Below, piece after piece: positions 32,259 to 41,627 of a stretch of DNA of 46,833 nucleotides. Each line of letters starts with the position of its first letter. Within the stretch, counting starts at the first letter, position 1. The DNA lies in the sequence record NC_054637.1; one strand, written 5' to 3'. The stretch comes from Escherichia phage vB_EcoS Sa179lw. The notes under the pieces were generated by a model. It worked only from the letters and a program-made list of their open reading frames with translations, made no database searches and was not told the DNA's origin. Position numbers and translations under genes: made by a program.

Positions 32259-32602
32259 CAATCACAAAACAACGAGTAGAAGAGATCATATCGCGCATTG
32301 AAATGTATGGGCATGGTGCAGGGTATACAGCGGAAGAGGTTTATGACCTGGCTGTACTTGCGCTGAATTTATCAAATATCGCAAACCTGAAGAGATACGA
32401 GCTTGATATGGATGGTTGTGACTCATGCGGTCAGGATTGCGGTGCTGACATGACTGAAGACCCTGAAGGCGAATTTGTAATGTTTGACGATGTTGTCAAG
32501 ATGTTTCAGTTTGACACAACCGCGCAGCAATTCGAAAGCCTAAGCAACCACAAGCATCACTTCATTAATGGCACTTGCGTACAGTGCCTGAAAAGTGAAT
32601 AA
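32255..32602 (+). CDS. Cys-rich zinc-finger-like protein, 115 aa
   Basis: CDSCGQDCG and CVQC motifs. Confidence 0.5.
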   Translation: MTITKQRVEEIISRIEMYGHGAGYTAEEVYDLAVLALNLSNIANLKRYELDMDGCDSCGQDCGADMTEDPEGEFVMFDDVVKMFQFDTTAQQFESLSNHKHHFINGTCVQCLKSE

Positions 32603-32659
32603 CTACCCGTTCATATTAATTATCAGTGCGCTATATGTGGCGCACGCTTTAGCGGAGAT

Positions 32660-33052
32660 ATGTTGATGAGCAATAGATATATTTATCACTACAATGCAAT
32701 ATCTGCAGGTGGCGCGTCATCAGTGGCTGGCATAGCTCAGTTGACGTTCCGAATTAAATCGCAAGAAGATGTCGAGGTGCTGAAGAGTTTGATTAGCAGT
32801 GACAGGTTTACGGCAGTGGCAATCACGTCGCTCTCATATCTCGGACGGGAGAAAGACGACGAAAAGTACGACGCAACAAAATTCGACCAGGCGTTTTTGA
32901 TTAACAAATTCTACGAGCGTTATCCGCTTTCTGAATTTAAGAGCGACTCAGAGCGAGCAGAGGCGCTTGGTTACTTCATGGCCGGCGCAGAGTTGCAGCG
33001 ACTTGGAAAGTTTATCGAATACAATGATGAGGATGATGACGATGATTACTAA
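32660..33052 (+). CDS. Hypothetical protein with poly-acidic C-terminal tail (DEDDDDDY), 130 aa
   Basis: ORF track. Confidence 0.5.
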   Translation: MLMSNRYIYHYNAISAGGASSVAGIAQLTFRIKSQEDVEVLKSLISSDRFTAVAITSLSYLGREKDDEKYDATKFDQAFLINKFYERYPLSEFKSDSERAEALGYFMAGAELQRLGKFIEYNDEDDDDDY

Positions 33053-33144
33053 ATACCAACGACGCCGATACACCACTGGCGCTAAAATCTTCCTTGCTGT
33101 GTACGCTCTGGCTCTGGTAGCCGCTATCGCAGGAGTTGTGCATT

Positions 33145-33324
33145 ATGTTTAACGATATCAGTGACGCAATGCAAAACATGTGGGAGCGCTACTGGGACAG
33201 TATGAAGACATGTCATTACATGATGGTGCAGATAGGTAATTACATTGAGGTTGTGCCTGACAATGGCGTGCATAACATTAAGTGCATGTGCTCCACGAGG
33301 GATTATGCTAATGCAAACCACTAA
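33145..33324 (+). CDS. Hypothetical protein, about 59 aa
   Basis: ORF track with internal ATG start chosen. Confidence 0.35.
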   Translation: MFNDISDAMQNMWERYWDSMKTCHYMMVQIGNYIEVVPDNGVHNIKCMCSTRDYANANH

Positions 33325-33484
33325 GCAGAAAGTCTGGCACATCGCCAAACAGCACCAGCTGGACGACTTCGTCGTAAAGGTCGCAAAGACATTCCCTGAT
33401 GCACTTGAAATCGTTCATGTGCAGACGCGTAATGAAAATGCATGGTGCTATGCTGGCAATCGCGATAATGATGGTGTACAATAA
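33308..33484 (+). CDS. Hypothetical protein, about 58 aa
   Basis: ORF track with internal ATG start chosen. Confidence 0.35.
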   Translation, partial: LMQTTKQKVWHIAKQHQLDDFVVKVAKTFPDALEIVHVQTRNENAWCYAGNRDNDGVQ

Positions 33485-33527
33485 GCACATAACCACCATT
33501 GCTTTCCTCATATCATCACCCAACCTT

Positions 33528-33556
33528 TAACCCGCCTTGTGCGGGTTCTTTTTTGC
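33528..33556 (+). terminator. Rho-independent terminator ending the early rightward operon
   Basis: Hairpin AACCCGCCTTGTGCGGGTT followed by CTTTTTTG. Confidence 0.7.
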
Positions 33557-33595
33557 CTTTGTGATAGAATGGACATAAATATCAAGAGGTGAATT

Positions 33596-34057
33596 ATGTC
33601 AGATAAACCAATCGGGCGACCGACAGAATACAAACCTGATTACGATGAGCAGGCTTACAACTATTGCCTGCTTGGCGCTACCGATAAGCAGCTTGCAACT
33701 TTCTTTGATGTGAGCGAGCAGACAATAAACGCGTGGAAGCACAAGCACCCTTCGTTTCTTGAGTCCTTAAGGCGCGGAAAGGAAATTGCAGATGCGCGAG
33801 TTGCTCAGGCTTTGTTCAGTAGGGCTACCGGTTATGAGCACCCAGAAGACGATATCAAGGCGGTTAATGGTGAAATAGTAATCACACCAACAATAAAAAG
33901 ATACCCGCCAGACCCTACATCAATGATTTTCTGGCTAAAAAACAGACAGCCAAAATTGTGGCGAGATAAACCTGAGTCGGAAGGTTCTGATGGTGACGGC
34001 GCAATCCATAAAGTGCAGATTGAGGTGATTAGTGCAGATAAGAGTAACGGCAACTGA
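33596..34057 (+). CDS. terS: Terminase small subunit, 153 aa
   Basis: Immediately upstream of and overlapping the large terminase; N-terminal HTH-like segment. Confidence 0.65.
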   Translation: MSDKPIGRPTEYKPDYDEQAYNYCLLGATDKQLATFFDVSEQTINAWKHKHPSFLESLRRGKEIADARVAQALFSRATGYEHPEDDIKAVNGEIVITPTIKRYPPDPTSMIFWLKNRQPKLWRDKPESEGSDGDGAIHKVQIEVISADKSNGN

Positions 34058-35339
34058 GCCACAAGCCAGATACCTGAATCTTAAGTGTAAATTCCCGGCT
34101 TTTATTGCTGGCTTTGGCACTGGAAAGTCAGAAACCATGTGCAACTCAGCACTTCTTGATAGCCTTGAGGGTGGTTCAGATAGTCTGGTCGCTTTGTATG
34201 AGCCGACCTATGACCTCGTGCGTCTTATTCTTGCCCCCCGCATGGAGGAGAAACTAATCGACTGGGGTGTCAGGTACAAATACAACAAGGCAGAGAACAT
34301 AATTTACACGTCATCAGGACAGATGGGGGATTTTGTCCTCAGGACTCTTGATAATCCAGCGCGAATAGTTGGTTATGAGTCGTTCAGGGCAAAGATAGAC
34401 GAAATTGACACCCTTAAGCAAGAACATGCATCTGAGGCGTGGATAAAAATAATTGCCCGTAATCGACAGCGCCCAAGAACTTATATGGATACCTCAGGAA
34501 AGCCAATGAACACTGTTGGCATATTCTCAACCCCAGAGGGGTTCCGGTTTGTTTATGACAGATGGGTAAAGAACAAAAAGGATGGGTACGAAATGGTGCA
34601 GGCAAGCACTATGAGCAACCCTTTCCTTCCTGATGATTACGTTCAGTCGCTGCGAGATAGCTATCCACCGCAACTCATTGAGGCATATTTGCAGGGCGAG
34701 TTTGTAAACCTCACATCTGGCACTGTCTATCCTCAATTCGACAGGAATCTTAATCACAGCGATGAGGAATACAGGACGGGTGAGCCAGCCCATGTCGGCA
34801 TGGACTTCAACGTAGGAAAGATGTCTGCGATTATCCATGTTGAAAGGAATGGCGACCCGATCGCAGTTGGCGAGATACTCGGAGCTTACGATACGCCGGA
34901 AATGATTCGGTTAATAAAACAGCGCCTGTGGAGGGAGACATCAAATGGCGAGTTTGAGAAACTGTGTGAAATTTATGTTTATCCTGATGCATCGGGCGGT
35001 AGCCGTAAAACCGTGAACGCTGGCACGTCAGATATAGCCTTATTGAGAGATGCTGGCTTTCATGTTATGGCTGACAGTAAGAACCCGCCGGTCAGGGACC
35101 GCATCAACTCTGTTAACGCGATGTTCTGCAACGCTGAAGGCGAGCGCAGATACAAGGTAAATACAAAGCTGTGCCCAATCTACACTGAGGCGAGAGAGCA
35201 GCAGATTTACAACAAGCAGGGAGAACCAGACAAAACTCACGATAAGGACCACCCGAACGATGCGGCTGATTATTACATTTATAATAAGTTCCCACTCGTA
35301 CGACCAATGGCAGCAATGCTAATTCGGCGCAGGCGTTAA
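34032..35339 (+). CDS. terL: Terminase large subunit, 435 aa
   Basis: Walker A GFGTGKS near the N-terminus; C-terminal nuclease-like acidic motifs; GTG start after GAGGTGA. Confidence 0.85.
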   Translation: MQIRVTATEPQARYLNLKCKFPAFIAGFGTGKSETMCNSALLDSLEGGSDSLVALYEPTYDLVRLILAPRMEEKLIDWGVRYKYNKAENIIYTSSGQMGDFVLRTLDNPARIVGYESFRAKIDEIDTLKQEHASEAWIKIIARNRQRPRTYMDTSGKPMNTVGIFSTPEGFRFVYDRWVKNKKDGYEMVQASTMSNPFLPDDYVQSLRDSYPPQLIEAYLQGEFVNLTSGTVYPQFDRNLNHSDEEYRTGEPAHVGMDFNVGKMSAIIHVERNGDPIAVGEILGAYDTPEMIRLIKQRLWRETSNGEFEKLCEIYVYPDASGGSRKTVNAGTSDIALLRDAGFHVMADSKNPPVRDRINSVNAMFCNAEGERRYKVNTKLCPIYTEAREQQIYNKQGEPDKTHDKDHPNDAADYYIYNKFPLVRPMAAMLIRRRR

Positions 35340-35342
35340 AAA

Positions 35343-35366
35343 TAAAGCCCTCAAATGAGGGCTTGT
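35343..35366. terminator. Bidirectional terminator between terminase and a convergent gene
   Basis: Hairpin AAGCCCTCAAATGAGGGCTT; T tract on the minus strand. Confidence 0.55.
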
Positions 35367-35369
35367 TGG

Positions 35370-35723
35370 CTAGTGTGTGTACATGATGCTTTTGCACGTT
35401 TTCATTGGCACACCGATTGCATCCCAAAATTCGACGTTTTCACAAGCCAAAAAGCAAAACAGCATTGATTGAGGCCATGAAGAATGAGCACTTTTCCAGT
35501 AGGTGCCGCGCTTGATTTGCTCGGCTTCATCGTTGAGGCAGTGAATAAAGAATTCTGTGCCATCGCTGGTTTCATTCCATTCGTGTGATTTACCCAAGCA
35601 GAAATGGTGCAGAAAGCGGTCTATGTAGGATGATTTGCTTGCTGATATCCCCATTACAATCATTCTGATAACCCTAATAGCATATACGTTCTGCACTTCA
35701 GCACTTCGTTCATGACCTTGCAT
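35370..35723 (-). CDS. Hypothetical protein, 117 aa
   Basis: ORF track; ATG 35723 lies downstream of the promoter at 35768-35800. Confidence 0.5.
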   Translation of the reverse strand: MQGHERSAEVQNVYAIRVIRMIVMGISASKSSYIDRFLHHFCLGKSHEWNETSDGTEFFIHCLNDEAEQIKRGTYWKSAHSSWPQSMLFCFLACENVEFWDAIGVPMKTCKSIMYTH

Positions 35724-35767
35724 TGCCTTATCCTAATTCATCTGCGACCCCGCGCCGCTCTATGAGT

Positions 35768-35800
35768 TAAATCTACATCACCAACATATCTACGTCAACA
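35768..35800 (-). promoter_or_regulatory. Leftward early promoter: TTGACG, 17-bp spacer, TAGATT (minus strand)
   Basis: -35 at 35793-35798, -10 at 35770-35775 on the minus strand. Confidence 0.55.
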
Positions 35801-35834
35801 TTTATTATTGTTGTTGATAAATCCACACCACAAC

Positions 35835-35868
35835 ACTTGACCAATCTACACCGTGCGCATATAGTTAT
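35835..35868 (+). promoter_or_regulatory. Rightward early promoter: TTGACC, 17-bp spacer, TATAGT
   Basis: -35 at 35837-35842, -10 at 35860-35865; AATCTACACC in the spacer. Confidence 0.6.
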
Positions 35869-35896
35869 CTACATCGGAAACATCGGAGGTGCTACT

Positions 35897-36103
35897 ATGC
35901 GCAGCTATGCAGGATTTACACAGGAGGAAAAAGAGCAGGTTTATTCACTGGCGCGTGCTGGTGTGCCTGATGATGTGATTTGCCGTCGGTATGACATCGA
36001 CGAGGATTTCCTGCTGCGCGTCATTGATGATGTCTTCGTTAACCTGCAAGAGAAGCGTGGGTACAAGGGTATCTGCTGCAAGAATGATTTTTTGAGAGGG
36101 TGA
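35897..36103 (+). CDS. Hypothetical protein, 68 aa
   Basis: ATG at 35897 preceded by GGAGGTG. Confidence 0.5.
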   Translation: MRSYAGFTQEEKEQVYSLARAGVPDDVICRRYDIDEDFLLRVIDDVFVNLQEKRGYKGICCKNDFLRG

Positions 36104-36294
36104 TTATGAGAGATTTTGTAAGAGATTTTCTGTTATTGGTATTAAGTACACCATCGCATTGGTGATTGCTTTCCCGCTTATCTGGCTGATTAGATGGGAA
36201 GCGCCAAGTATTGATGACATTCTAAACTGGCAGGTTTTCAGGATTTTTATCGGCTTGTGGATTTTATCAGCCATTGCCGCATGGTGGGTTAATC

Positions 36295-36702
36295 ATGTTC
36301 AGGAATAAACTAAAGAAAATAATCCGCGACGCTGCGGATAAGAAATACACCAAAAAGATTGATATATCATTCATTGACGGCACTGGAATGTACAACCACG
36401 CATGTCATCTGAATGCGGTAAATCGTGCGCGTGATGGGAGTTCGTGCGCAGTGGTTGAGGTTGTGGTGATTGATGACAAATCGGTGACCGCTCATTACAT
36501 CAATATGCAGTCAGACGGTACATACATCGACTACACGCTCGGCTGGCACTGGTCTGGTGCTGATTACCGATTTGTGCGCTTCGTCCCGTTCACGGAATGG
36601 GCTGATATTACTGGCGCGCTAAACAGGCTTAAAGCTGAACTGTGCAAGCCGGTGGCTAAATGGCAGAAGTTGTTAATGGTAACTGATGGTGAACTTTGTT
36701 GA
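36295..36702 (+). CDS. Hypothetical protein, 135 aa
   Basis: ORF track with internal ATG (MFRNKLKK) chosen. Confidence 0.5.
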   Translation: MFRNKLKKIIRDAADKKYTKKIDISFIDGTGMYNHACHLNAVNRARDGSSCAVVEVVVIDDKSVTAHYINMQSDGTYIDYTLGWHWSGADYRFVRFVPFTEWADITGALNRLKAELCKPVAKWQKLLMVTDGELC

Positions 36703-36711
36703 GGTGATGTG

Positions 36712-36906
36712 ATGATTATTGATGAAACAGAAAATGCATATGACATGCACGTAACTGAGCAAGAGCTTGAGGATGGAACCCCTGTCGTAGAGTTGTATCA
36801 AGAGAATGGCTCAGGTGTCGACTCATTTATTGGCATAGACAAACACCAAGCCTCGCAACTAATCGAAGTCCTGCAACGCTGGGTTAATGGTGAGGAGATT
36901 GAGTGA
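36712..36906 (+). CDS. Highly acidic small protein, 64 aa
   Basis: About 16 D/E versus 2 K/R; RBS GAGGTGA. Confidence 0.5.
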   Translation: MIIDETENAYDMHVTEQELEDGTPVVELYQENGSGVDSFIGIDKHQASQLIEVLQRWVNGEEIE

Positions 36907-37136
36907 TGATGAATACCAAACAAAGATACAGGATGGGATATTGCGTCTGGCTGCAAGAGACTATTAGTGATTTTCTTGATAAGAAAATGTTGGCAGACAT
37001 GGTTTATGGATTGTTGTGTTTCCTGCTGCTTATCTCTTTTCCAGTTTCAATGCCGATGGTTGCTGCAATAAGAATGATAGTAACCAAGCGGAATATTAGA
37101 AAACAGTATGCTCGCGATGAACTGATGGAGGATTGA
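36903..37136 (+). CDS. Small membrane protein, 77 aa
   Basis: Hydrophobic segment LADMVYGLLCFLLLISFPVSMPMVAAI; coupled to neighbours. Confidence 0.45.
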   Translation: MMMNTKQRYRMGYCVWLQETISDFLDKKMLADMVYGLLCFLLLISFPVSMPMVAAIRMIVTKRNIRKQYARDELMED

Positions 37137-37139
37137 GTG

Positions 37140-37451
37140 ATGAGCATAAAAAATCCAATGCACCCGGGCGAGTTTCTGCTGGAGGCATTCATGAAGCCAT
37201 TCGGAATTGGTGTTAAGAAAATGGCCGATGCACTTGGGGTTTCGCAGTCAACAGTTAGCAGGCTCATCAACAAGAAGGCTGATTTAACTGCCGACATGGC
37301 TGTCAGATTGTCCGTTGTTGTTGGGAGGTCACCAGAGTCATGGTTGAATATGCAAAACAATTACAGCCTAAATAGACTTACCGCCGATAATGGTCGCTTA
37401 CTGTCATCTTTGAAGCCAATTAAATTTGATTTTGATTACAAGGTGGAGTGA
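37140..37451 (+). CDS. higA: HigA-like XRE-family HTH antitoxin homolog, about 103 aa
   Basis: HPGEFLLEAF...SQSTVSRLINKKADLTADMAVRLSVVVGRSPESWLNMQNNYSL closely parallels the recalled E. coli HigA sequence; no HigB/RelE-like partner adjacent. Confidence 0.8.
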   Translation: MSIKNPMHPGEFLLEAFMKPFGIGVKKMADALGVSQSTVSRLINKKADLTADMAVRLSVVVGRSPESWLNMQNNYSLNRLTADNGRLLSSLKPIKFDFDYKVE

Positions 37452-37654
37452 TGGACAGAAAACATCTTCACGAGATGGCTGTTGAACTCAGAAAAAGGGT
37501 TGAGGGCATCTGGTTTGATAGTCATGATAAATTCAATAATAAGCAGTATCAGGTTTACGCAAAATGCAGGGGGTTGGTGCTCGGCGATAGGATGGAAAAC
37601 GCTGTATTCCATCACAGTAACGCCATGATACACAAGCGAGCTTTCGACTACTGA
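37448..37654 (+). CDS. Hypothetical protein, 68 aa
   Basis: ORF track; ATGA coupling to the HigA-like gene. Confidence 0.45.
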   Translation: MMDRKHLHEMAVELRKRVEGIWFDSHDKFNNKQYQVYAKCRGLVLGDRMENAVFHHSNAMIHKRAFDY

Positions 37655-37664
37655 TACCATGCTA

Positions 37665-37695
37665 TAATCCCTCCATCGTGAGGGATTTTTTATTG
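37665..37695 (+). terminator. Rho-independent terminator before the portal gene
   Basis: Hairpin ATCCCTCCATCGTGAGGGAT followed by TTTTTATT. Confidence 0.65.
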
Positions 37696-37702
37696 GTGAC
37701 AT

Positions 37703-39115
37703 ATGTCAAAAATTGATGCATTAGACGCCTATATACGCGACCGCGTGGCGAACAATAACCGGGCTATTCAACAGCAGCGGCTTTGTGCTGGAGGGAAGAA
37801 TCTTGACCAGAAACATGACAGGTTGTGGCAGGAATGCGGATACCCGCAGGAAATCACCGCTGAGATGTTCCGCTATGCCTACGAACGGCACCCAGCAGCC
37901 GCAGCTGGCATTAACCGCATTATTAATAAATGTTGGCAGAAATACCCCGAAGTGGTAGAAGATGGCGAGGATGACAAGAATTCAACGTCGTGGGAGTTGT
38001 CCATCAATGACATGATGAAGCGTGCATACCCGTTCATCAAAGAGGCTGACAAGCGCAACGCCATCAACCGCTATTCCGCCGTTATCCTGCAAATCCGCGA
38101 TGGTAAACAATGGAGTGAGCCGGTAGACATCACCAAAACACGCCGCATTAAAGATAAATCCATTGTTCGCTTTATTCCTGTGTGGGAGGAGCAACTCCGC
38201 GTCAGTGCGTGGAATAACGACGAAACCAGCGAAGACTACGGTATGCCTGAGATGTACGAATACCAGGAAAGCGCCGTGGAAGATTTCGATAGTGACGGCA
38301 AGCCTGAACGTTCCGTGCAGATTCACCCTGACCGCATTATTATTCTTGCAGAGGGTAGCTTTGATGGCAGCATGTTCAGTGGCATCCCGATGCTACGTGC
38401 TGGCTACAACAGCCTTATCGACATGGCAAAGGTTTCAGGCAGTTCCGCGGAAGGCTTCCTGAAGAATGCCAGTCGTCAGCTGGCTGTTAACTACACGAAG
38501 GATAACGTAACACCAGTGAGTCTTGCGCAGTCGATGGGTGTCGATATTGAAGAGCTCACCGACATCATGAATGAGAACATTGAGGCACTGAACTCCGGGA
38601 TTGACGCCGCTATGTTCACAATGGGCGCGGATGCAAAAGTTCTCGCTGTGACTCCCGCTGACCCAAAACCAACATGGGAAGTGGCTGCCAACCAGTTCGC
38701 TGCGTCAATGGCGCTTCCGTTTACTGTTATTTTTGGGCAACAGACCGGAAGGCTTGCAAGCGATGAGGATAAGATGCAGGAGGCAATGACCGCCAAGCAG
38801 CGCCGCGAAACGTGGGTTGATTATGTCATCTCAATGTTCGTTGAGCGCATGATTCAGTTCGGCATTGTCGATAAAGCACCGGCAAATGGCTACAAAGTTA
38901 AGTGGGATGATTTGCTGGCACCATCGGAACTTGATAAGGCTGAATTGCTGTCCAAGCTCGCCACTGCGAATAAGTCATTCTTTGATGCTGGTCAGTCTGC
39001 GTTGCTGAGCGTCGATGAAGCTCGTGGCATGGTTGGTATGGAGCCGATTGAACTCGACGAAAGCTACCGCGAAGACACGCCTCCGGAAGACGAAAATGAA
39101 GATACTCCGGTTTAA
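37703..39115 (+). CDS. Portal protein, 470 aa
   Basis: Size and position between terminase and the head morphogenesis gene; acidic C-terminus. Confidence 0.65.
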   Translation: MSKIDALDAYIRDRVANNNRAIQQQRLCAGGKNLDQKHDRLWQECGYPQEITAEMFRYAYERHPAAAAGINRIINKCWQKYPEVVEDGEDDKNSTSWELSINDMMKRAYPFIKEADKRNAINRYSAVILQIRDGKQWSEPVDITKTRRIKDKSIVRFIPVWEEQLRVSAWNNDETSEDYGMPEMYEYQESAVEDFDSDGKPERSVQIHPDRIIILAEGSFDGSMFSGIPMLRAGYNSLIDMAKVSGSSAEGFLKNASRQLAVNYTKDNVTPVSLAQSMGVDIEELTDIMNENIEALNSGIDAAMFTMGADAKVLAVTPADPKPTWEVAANQFAASMALPFTVIFGQQTGRLASDEDKMQEAMTAKQRRETWVDYVISMFVERMIQFGIVDKAPANGYKVKWDDLLAPSELDKAELLSKLATANKSFFDAGQSALLSVDEARGMVGMEPIELDESYREDTPPEDENEDTPV

Positions 39116-40046
39116 CGCACGCCTTCCACAGCCGCGCATATCACAGAGCCTGACCGACCCGCTGGGCTCTGCAACTCGCCTGTCGAAGATGGACAAAGCG
39201 ATAACGCGCAAATACAAACAGCTCAGGTCTCGTGCGCTTGAGTTGTTTCGCACTATTCCGAGCAGTCAGGCCAACGCAGAATCAAGTGGGTTGTATTTCT
39301 ATGACTTCAGTAGTGCGCGAGCTGCAACTTTCATGGATGAGTTGCAGGCGCTGATTGATGAGATTCTGCTGGAAGGTGATGATTTCGGTCACGGCAGGAT
39401 GTGGGCGAACGTGTTCATTGGTGATGCGTATCAGGCCGGAACGCAGAAGGCCAACTCTGAGCTGTCAATCCTGTCTCCCGTTTACGCCGAGCAACGACCG
39501 ATTGCTGCGATACTCTATAGCGAACCATACCTTAACCGCCTGCAACTGGCTTACACGGCGGGATACAGTGACTGGCGCGGCTTGAGTGATTATTCACGGC
39601 AGCAGCTGGCATCTGTCATTATGGAAGGCATTGCCCGTGGCGCAAATCCTCGCGACGTTGAGGCTGATATTGTTAAGCGTGTTGATGTGTCGCACAGTTA
39701 CGCCAAGCAAATTGCGCAGACTGAAATTACCGGAACACTACGTCAAGCCAACAGGCGTGAGGTCATTGAGGCTCGCGAAGAGTTAGGCATTGAGACTGTA
39801 ATGCTGTGGCAGTCGGCACTGATGCGAACAACCCGCCAGACTCACGCGTCGAGACATGGGCGGTTTTATACGCCAGAAGAGATTGATACGTTTTATAGCG
39901 AGGTAGCAAACCGCAGAAATTGCCACTGCAGCCAAGTCCCAGCACTTGTGATGGATGGTAAGCCAGTAATTCTTGAATCATCACAAGAGCGGTTGGATAA
40001 GCAACGCGAAGCGTGGCAATCAGCAAACAAAAAGCCCTCTAAGTGA
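39096..40046 (+). CDS. Putative head morphogenesis protein (Mu gpF / SPP1 gp7-like), about 316 aa
   Basis: Position directly after portal; start chosen at internal ATG overlapping the portal end. Confidence 0.5.
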   Translation: MKILRFNARLPQPRISQSLTDPLGSATRLSKMDKAITRKYKQLRSRALELFRTIPSSQANAESSGLYFYDFSSARAATFMDELQALIDEILLEGDDFGHGRMWANVFIGDAYQAGTQKANSELSILSPVYAEQRPIAAILYSEPYLNRLQLAYTAGYSDWRGLSDYSRQQLASVIMEGIARGANPRDVEADIVKRVDVSHSYAKQIAQTEITGTLRQANRREVIEAREELGIETVMLWQSALMRTTRQTHASRHGRFYTPEEIDTFYSEVANRRNCHCSQVPALVMDGKPVILESSQERLDKQREAWQSANKKPSK

Positions 40047-40060
40047 GGGCTTTGATTTAT
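40031..40060. terminator. Bidirectional terminator overlapping the stop codon
   Basis: Hairpin AAAGCCCTCTAAGTGAGGGCTTT. Confidence 0.6.
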
Positions 40061-40129
40061 CTTATCAGCATGCACAGAACAAATATTATTATCGCATAGC
40101 ACAATATCTCTACGACGCTGAATATTGTT

Positions 40130-40774
40130 TTAATCATCCAGTTTAACGCCGGGAATTTTGCCTGCCGCGATGGCGTCGTAAATGATTTCGTATTCGCTAT
40201 AAATCCAGTTATCGCCCTCGTCAGCTTCTCTCTGCATTGCTTCCACTGCTGCATCGCGCTTCCTTTCCGCTTCAGTGATGGCTGGTTTTAGGCTTTCTGG
40301 TACGAAGCAACATGACCTTCCTGCGCCGCGTTCATCCCAATAACAAACTGCCACATTATTGCCATCCGTTGTTGTCTTGTGTGCAACCACTTCCATTTCA
40401 GTGCCAGCATCAGGAATCCAGGCGTTTCTGTATCCAATTTTTGGATTAATGAAGAACTCAACTTTCTCACCAACTGGCGGCAGACCTTCGCCGTTCCATG
40501 CTGGCTTTTGCGATGCGGCGAGTGCTGCTTTATATTGCCAATAGGTCACTATCGACTCCCTGTGGTCGCAAGATAAAGGTACACCCTCAATTCCATGCCA
40601 GTAATACACAAGGCTATTCCCAGTGTGATGTTTCCATGAAAATCCATCATAGTGGGGATCATTCGTGTCCCATACACACAGCGAACCGTCATCATCTTGA
40701 GTAATTGACAGAGCACCATCAGGCCACCCGCCACGCTTAGGTAATTCTTGAACTAACATGTCGATAAGTTTCAT
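40130..40774 (-). CDS. Hypothetical protein, 214 aa, W/H-rich
   Basis: ORF track with start at MKLIDMLVQ; ATGA coupling to upstream small gene. Confidence 0.5.
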   Translation of the reverse strand: MKLIDMLVQELPKRGGWPDGALSITQDDDGSLCVWDTNDPHYDGFSWKHHTGNSLVYYWHGIEGVPLSCDHRESIVTYWQYKAALAASQKPAWNGEGLPPVGEKVEFFINPKIGYRNAWIPDAGTEMEVVAHKTTTDGNNVAVCYWDERGAGRSCCFVPESLKPAITEAERKRDAAVEAMQREADEGDNWIYSEYEIIYDAIAAGKIPGVKLDD

Positions 40775-40950
40775 TTTGTTTCTCCAAAAAAGTACGCGTG
40801 ATTCGATTGCTTGGTAATGATTGGCAGCCAAAGATTGCTATCTCTTCCAATCCTCATTGCTTCTCGATCATTAAACCATCGCAGCTTTTTATTATTTGAC
40901 TCCCAGTGGTCAAGTTTTAATAATCTGCGAGCCACTTTGTTACTTTTCAT
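40771..40950 (-). CDS. Hypothetical basic protein, 59 aa
   Basis: Manual translation MKSNKVARRLLKLDHWESNNKKLRWF...; RBS GGGAGAAAACAG. Confidence 0.4.
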   Translation of the reverse strand: MKSNKVARRLLKLDHWESNNKKLRWFNDREAMRIGRDSNLWLPIITKQSNHAYFFGETK

Positions 40951-41216
40951 CTGTTTTCTCCCAGTGCCTTATTAACCGCCGCACGCGCATTATCCAGAGC
41001 GCGACGCTTGCTTGATGTTGTCCAGACTTTGCCGGAGTGGTCGTCGTAGATTTCCAGTATTTGCTGGAGTGCTGAAAGCATAGCTTTGTTATTGTCGTGG
41101 CAATATCCAACAGAAAACCCAAACCAAAGCCAGTCCACTTCCCTATCAGTCATGTCGCAAAAACCAACGGAATCGAACCACTTGTTAAATAATTGGTGCA
41201 GTTCTCGCTTCGTCAT
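40947..41216 (-). CDS. Hypothetical protein, about 89 aa
   Basis: ORF track with ATG at 41216 after GAGG. Confidence 0.45.
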   Translation of the reverse strand: MTKRELHQLFNKWFDSVGFCDMTDREVDWLWFGFSVGYCHDNNKAMLSALQQILEIYDDHSGKVWTTSSKRRALDNARAAVNKALGENR

Positions 41217-41223
41217 CACAGCC

Positions 41224-41382
41224 TCACTTAATATATTCAACAATCTCACACTCGCGCATTTGCATCAAACCAAATGGTGCAACTACCTTTCCGCACGGAC
41301 TGATTTTGATTTGCTCAAGATCGAACACTCCGCAGCGTCCGTTTTCTTTGAATTTGACAATTACCATTTTGCAACCATCCAT
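41224..41382 (-). CDS. Hypothetical Cys-containing protein, about 52 aa
   Basis: Manual translation MDGCKMVIVKFKENGRCGVFDLEQ...; start uncertain. Confidence 0.3.
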   Translation of the reverse strand: MDGCKMVIVKFKENGRCGVFDLEQIKISPCGKVVAPFGLMQMRECEIVEYIK

Positions 41383-41522
41383 TTCATTTCTTTGACCATG
41401 CGTTGAGCTGCTTTCTTGGTGTGACCGGCAGCCATCAATTGCTTCACCTTTGCTTTTTTGTTGGCAGCCTTCGCAGCCTTCGGATTTGGCTCACTGTAAA
41501 AAGCAACGTCACGCGGATTCAT
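41361..41522 (-). CDS. Small basic lysine-rich protein, about 53 aa
   Basis: ATG at 41522 six nt after GAGGTG; first gene after the promoter at 41545-41585. Confidence 0.45.
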   Translation of the reverse strand: MNPRDVAFYSEPNPKAAKAANKKAKVKQLMAAGHTKKAAQRMVKEMKWMVAKW

Positions 41523-41544
41523 TTTCATCACCTCACTCATCATT

Positions 41545-41585
41545 TGATGTAGATACTATGCACCACCACTCAATCTACGTCAATA
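41545..41585 (-). promoter_or_regulatory. Candidate leftward early promoter with TTGACGTAGATTG motif (minus strand)
   Basis: -35 TTGACG at 41578-41583 on the minus strand; -10 TAGTAT lies at 19-bp spacing, so the exact -10 is uncertain. Confidence 0.4.
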
Positions 41586-41627
41586 GCCATTGTGATAGAA
41601 TTAATCATTATTTGAACAGGAGGCAGA

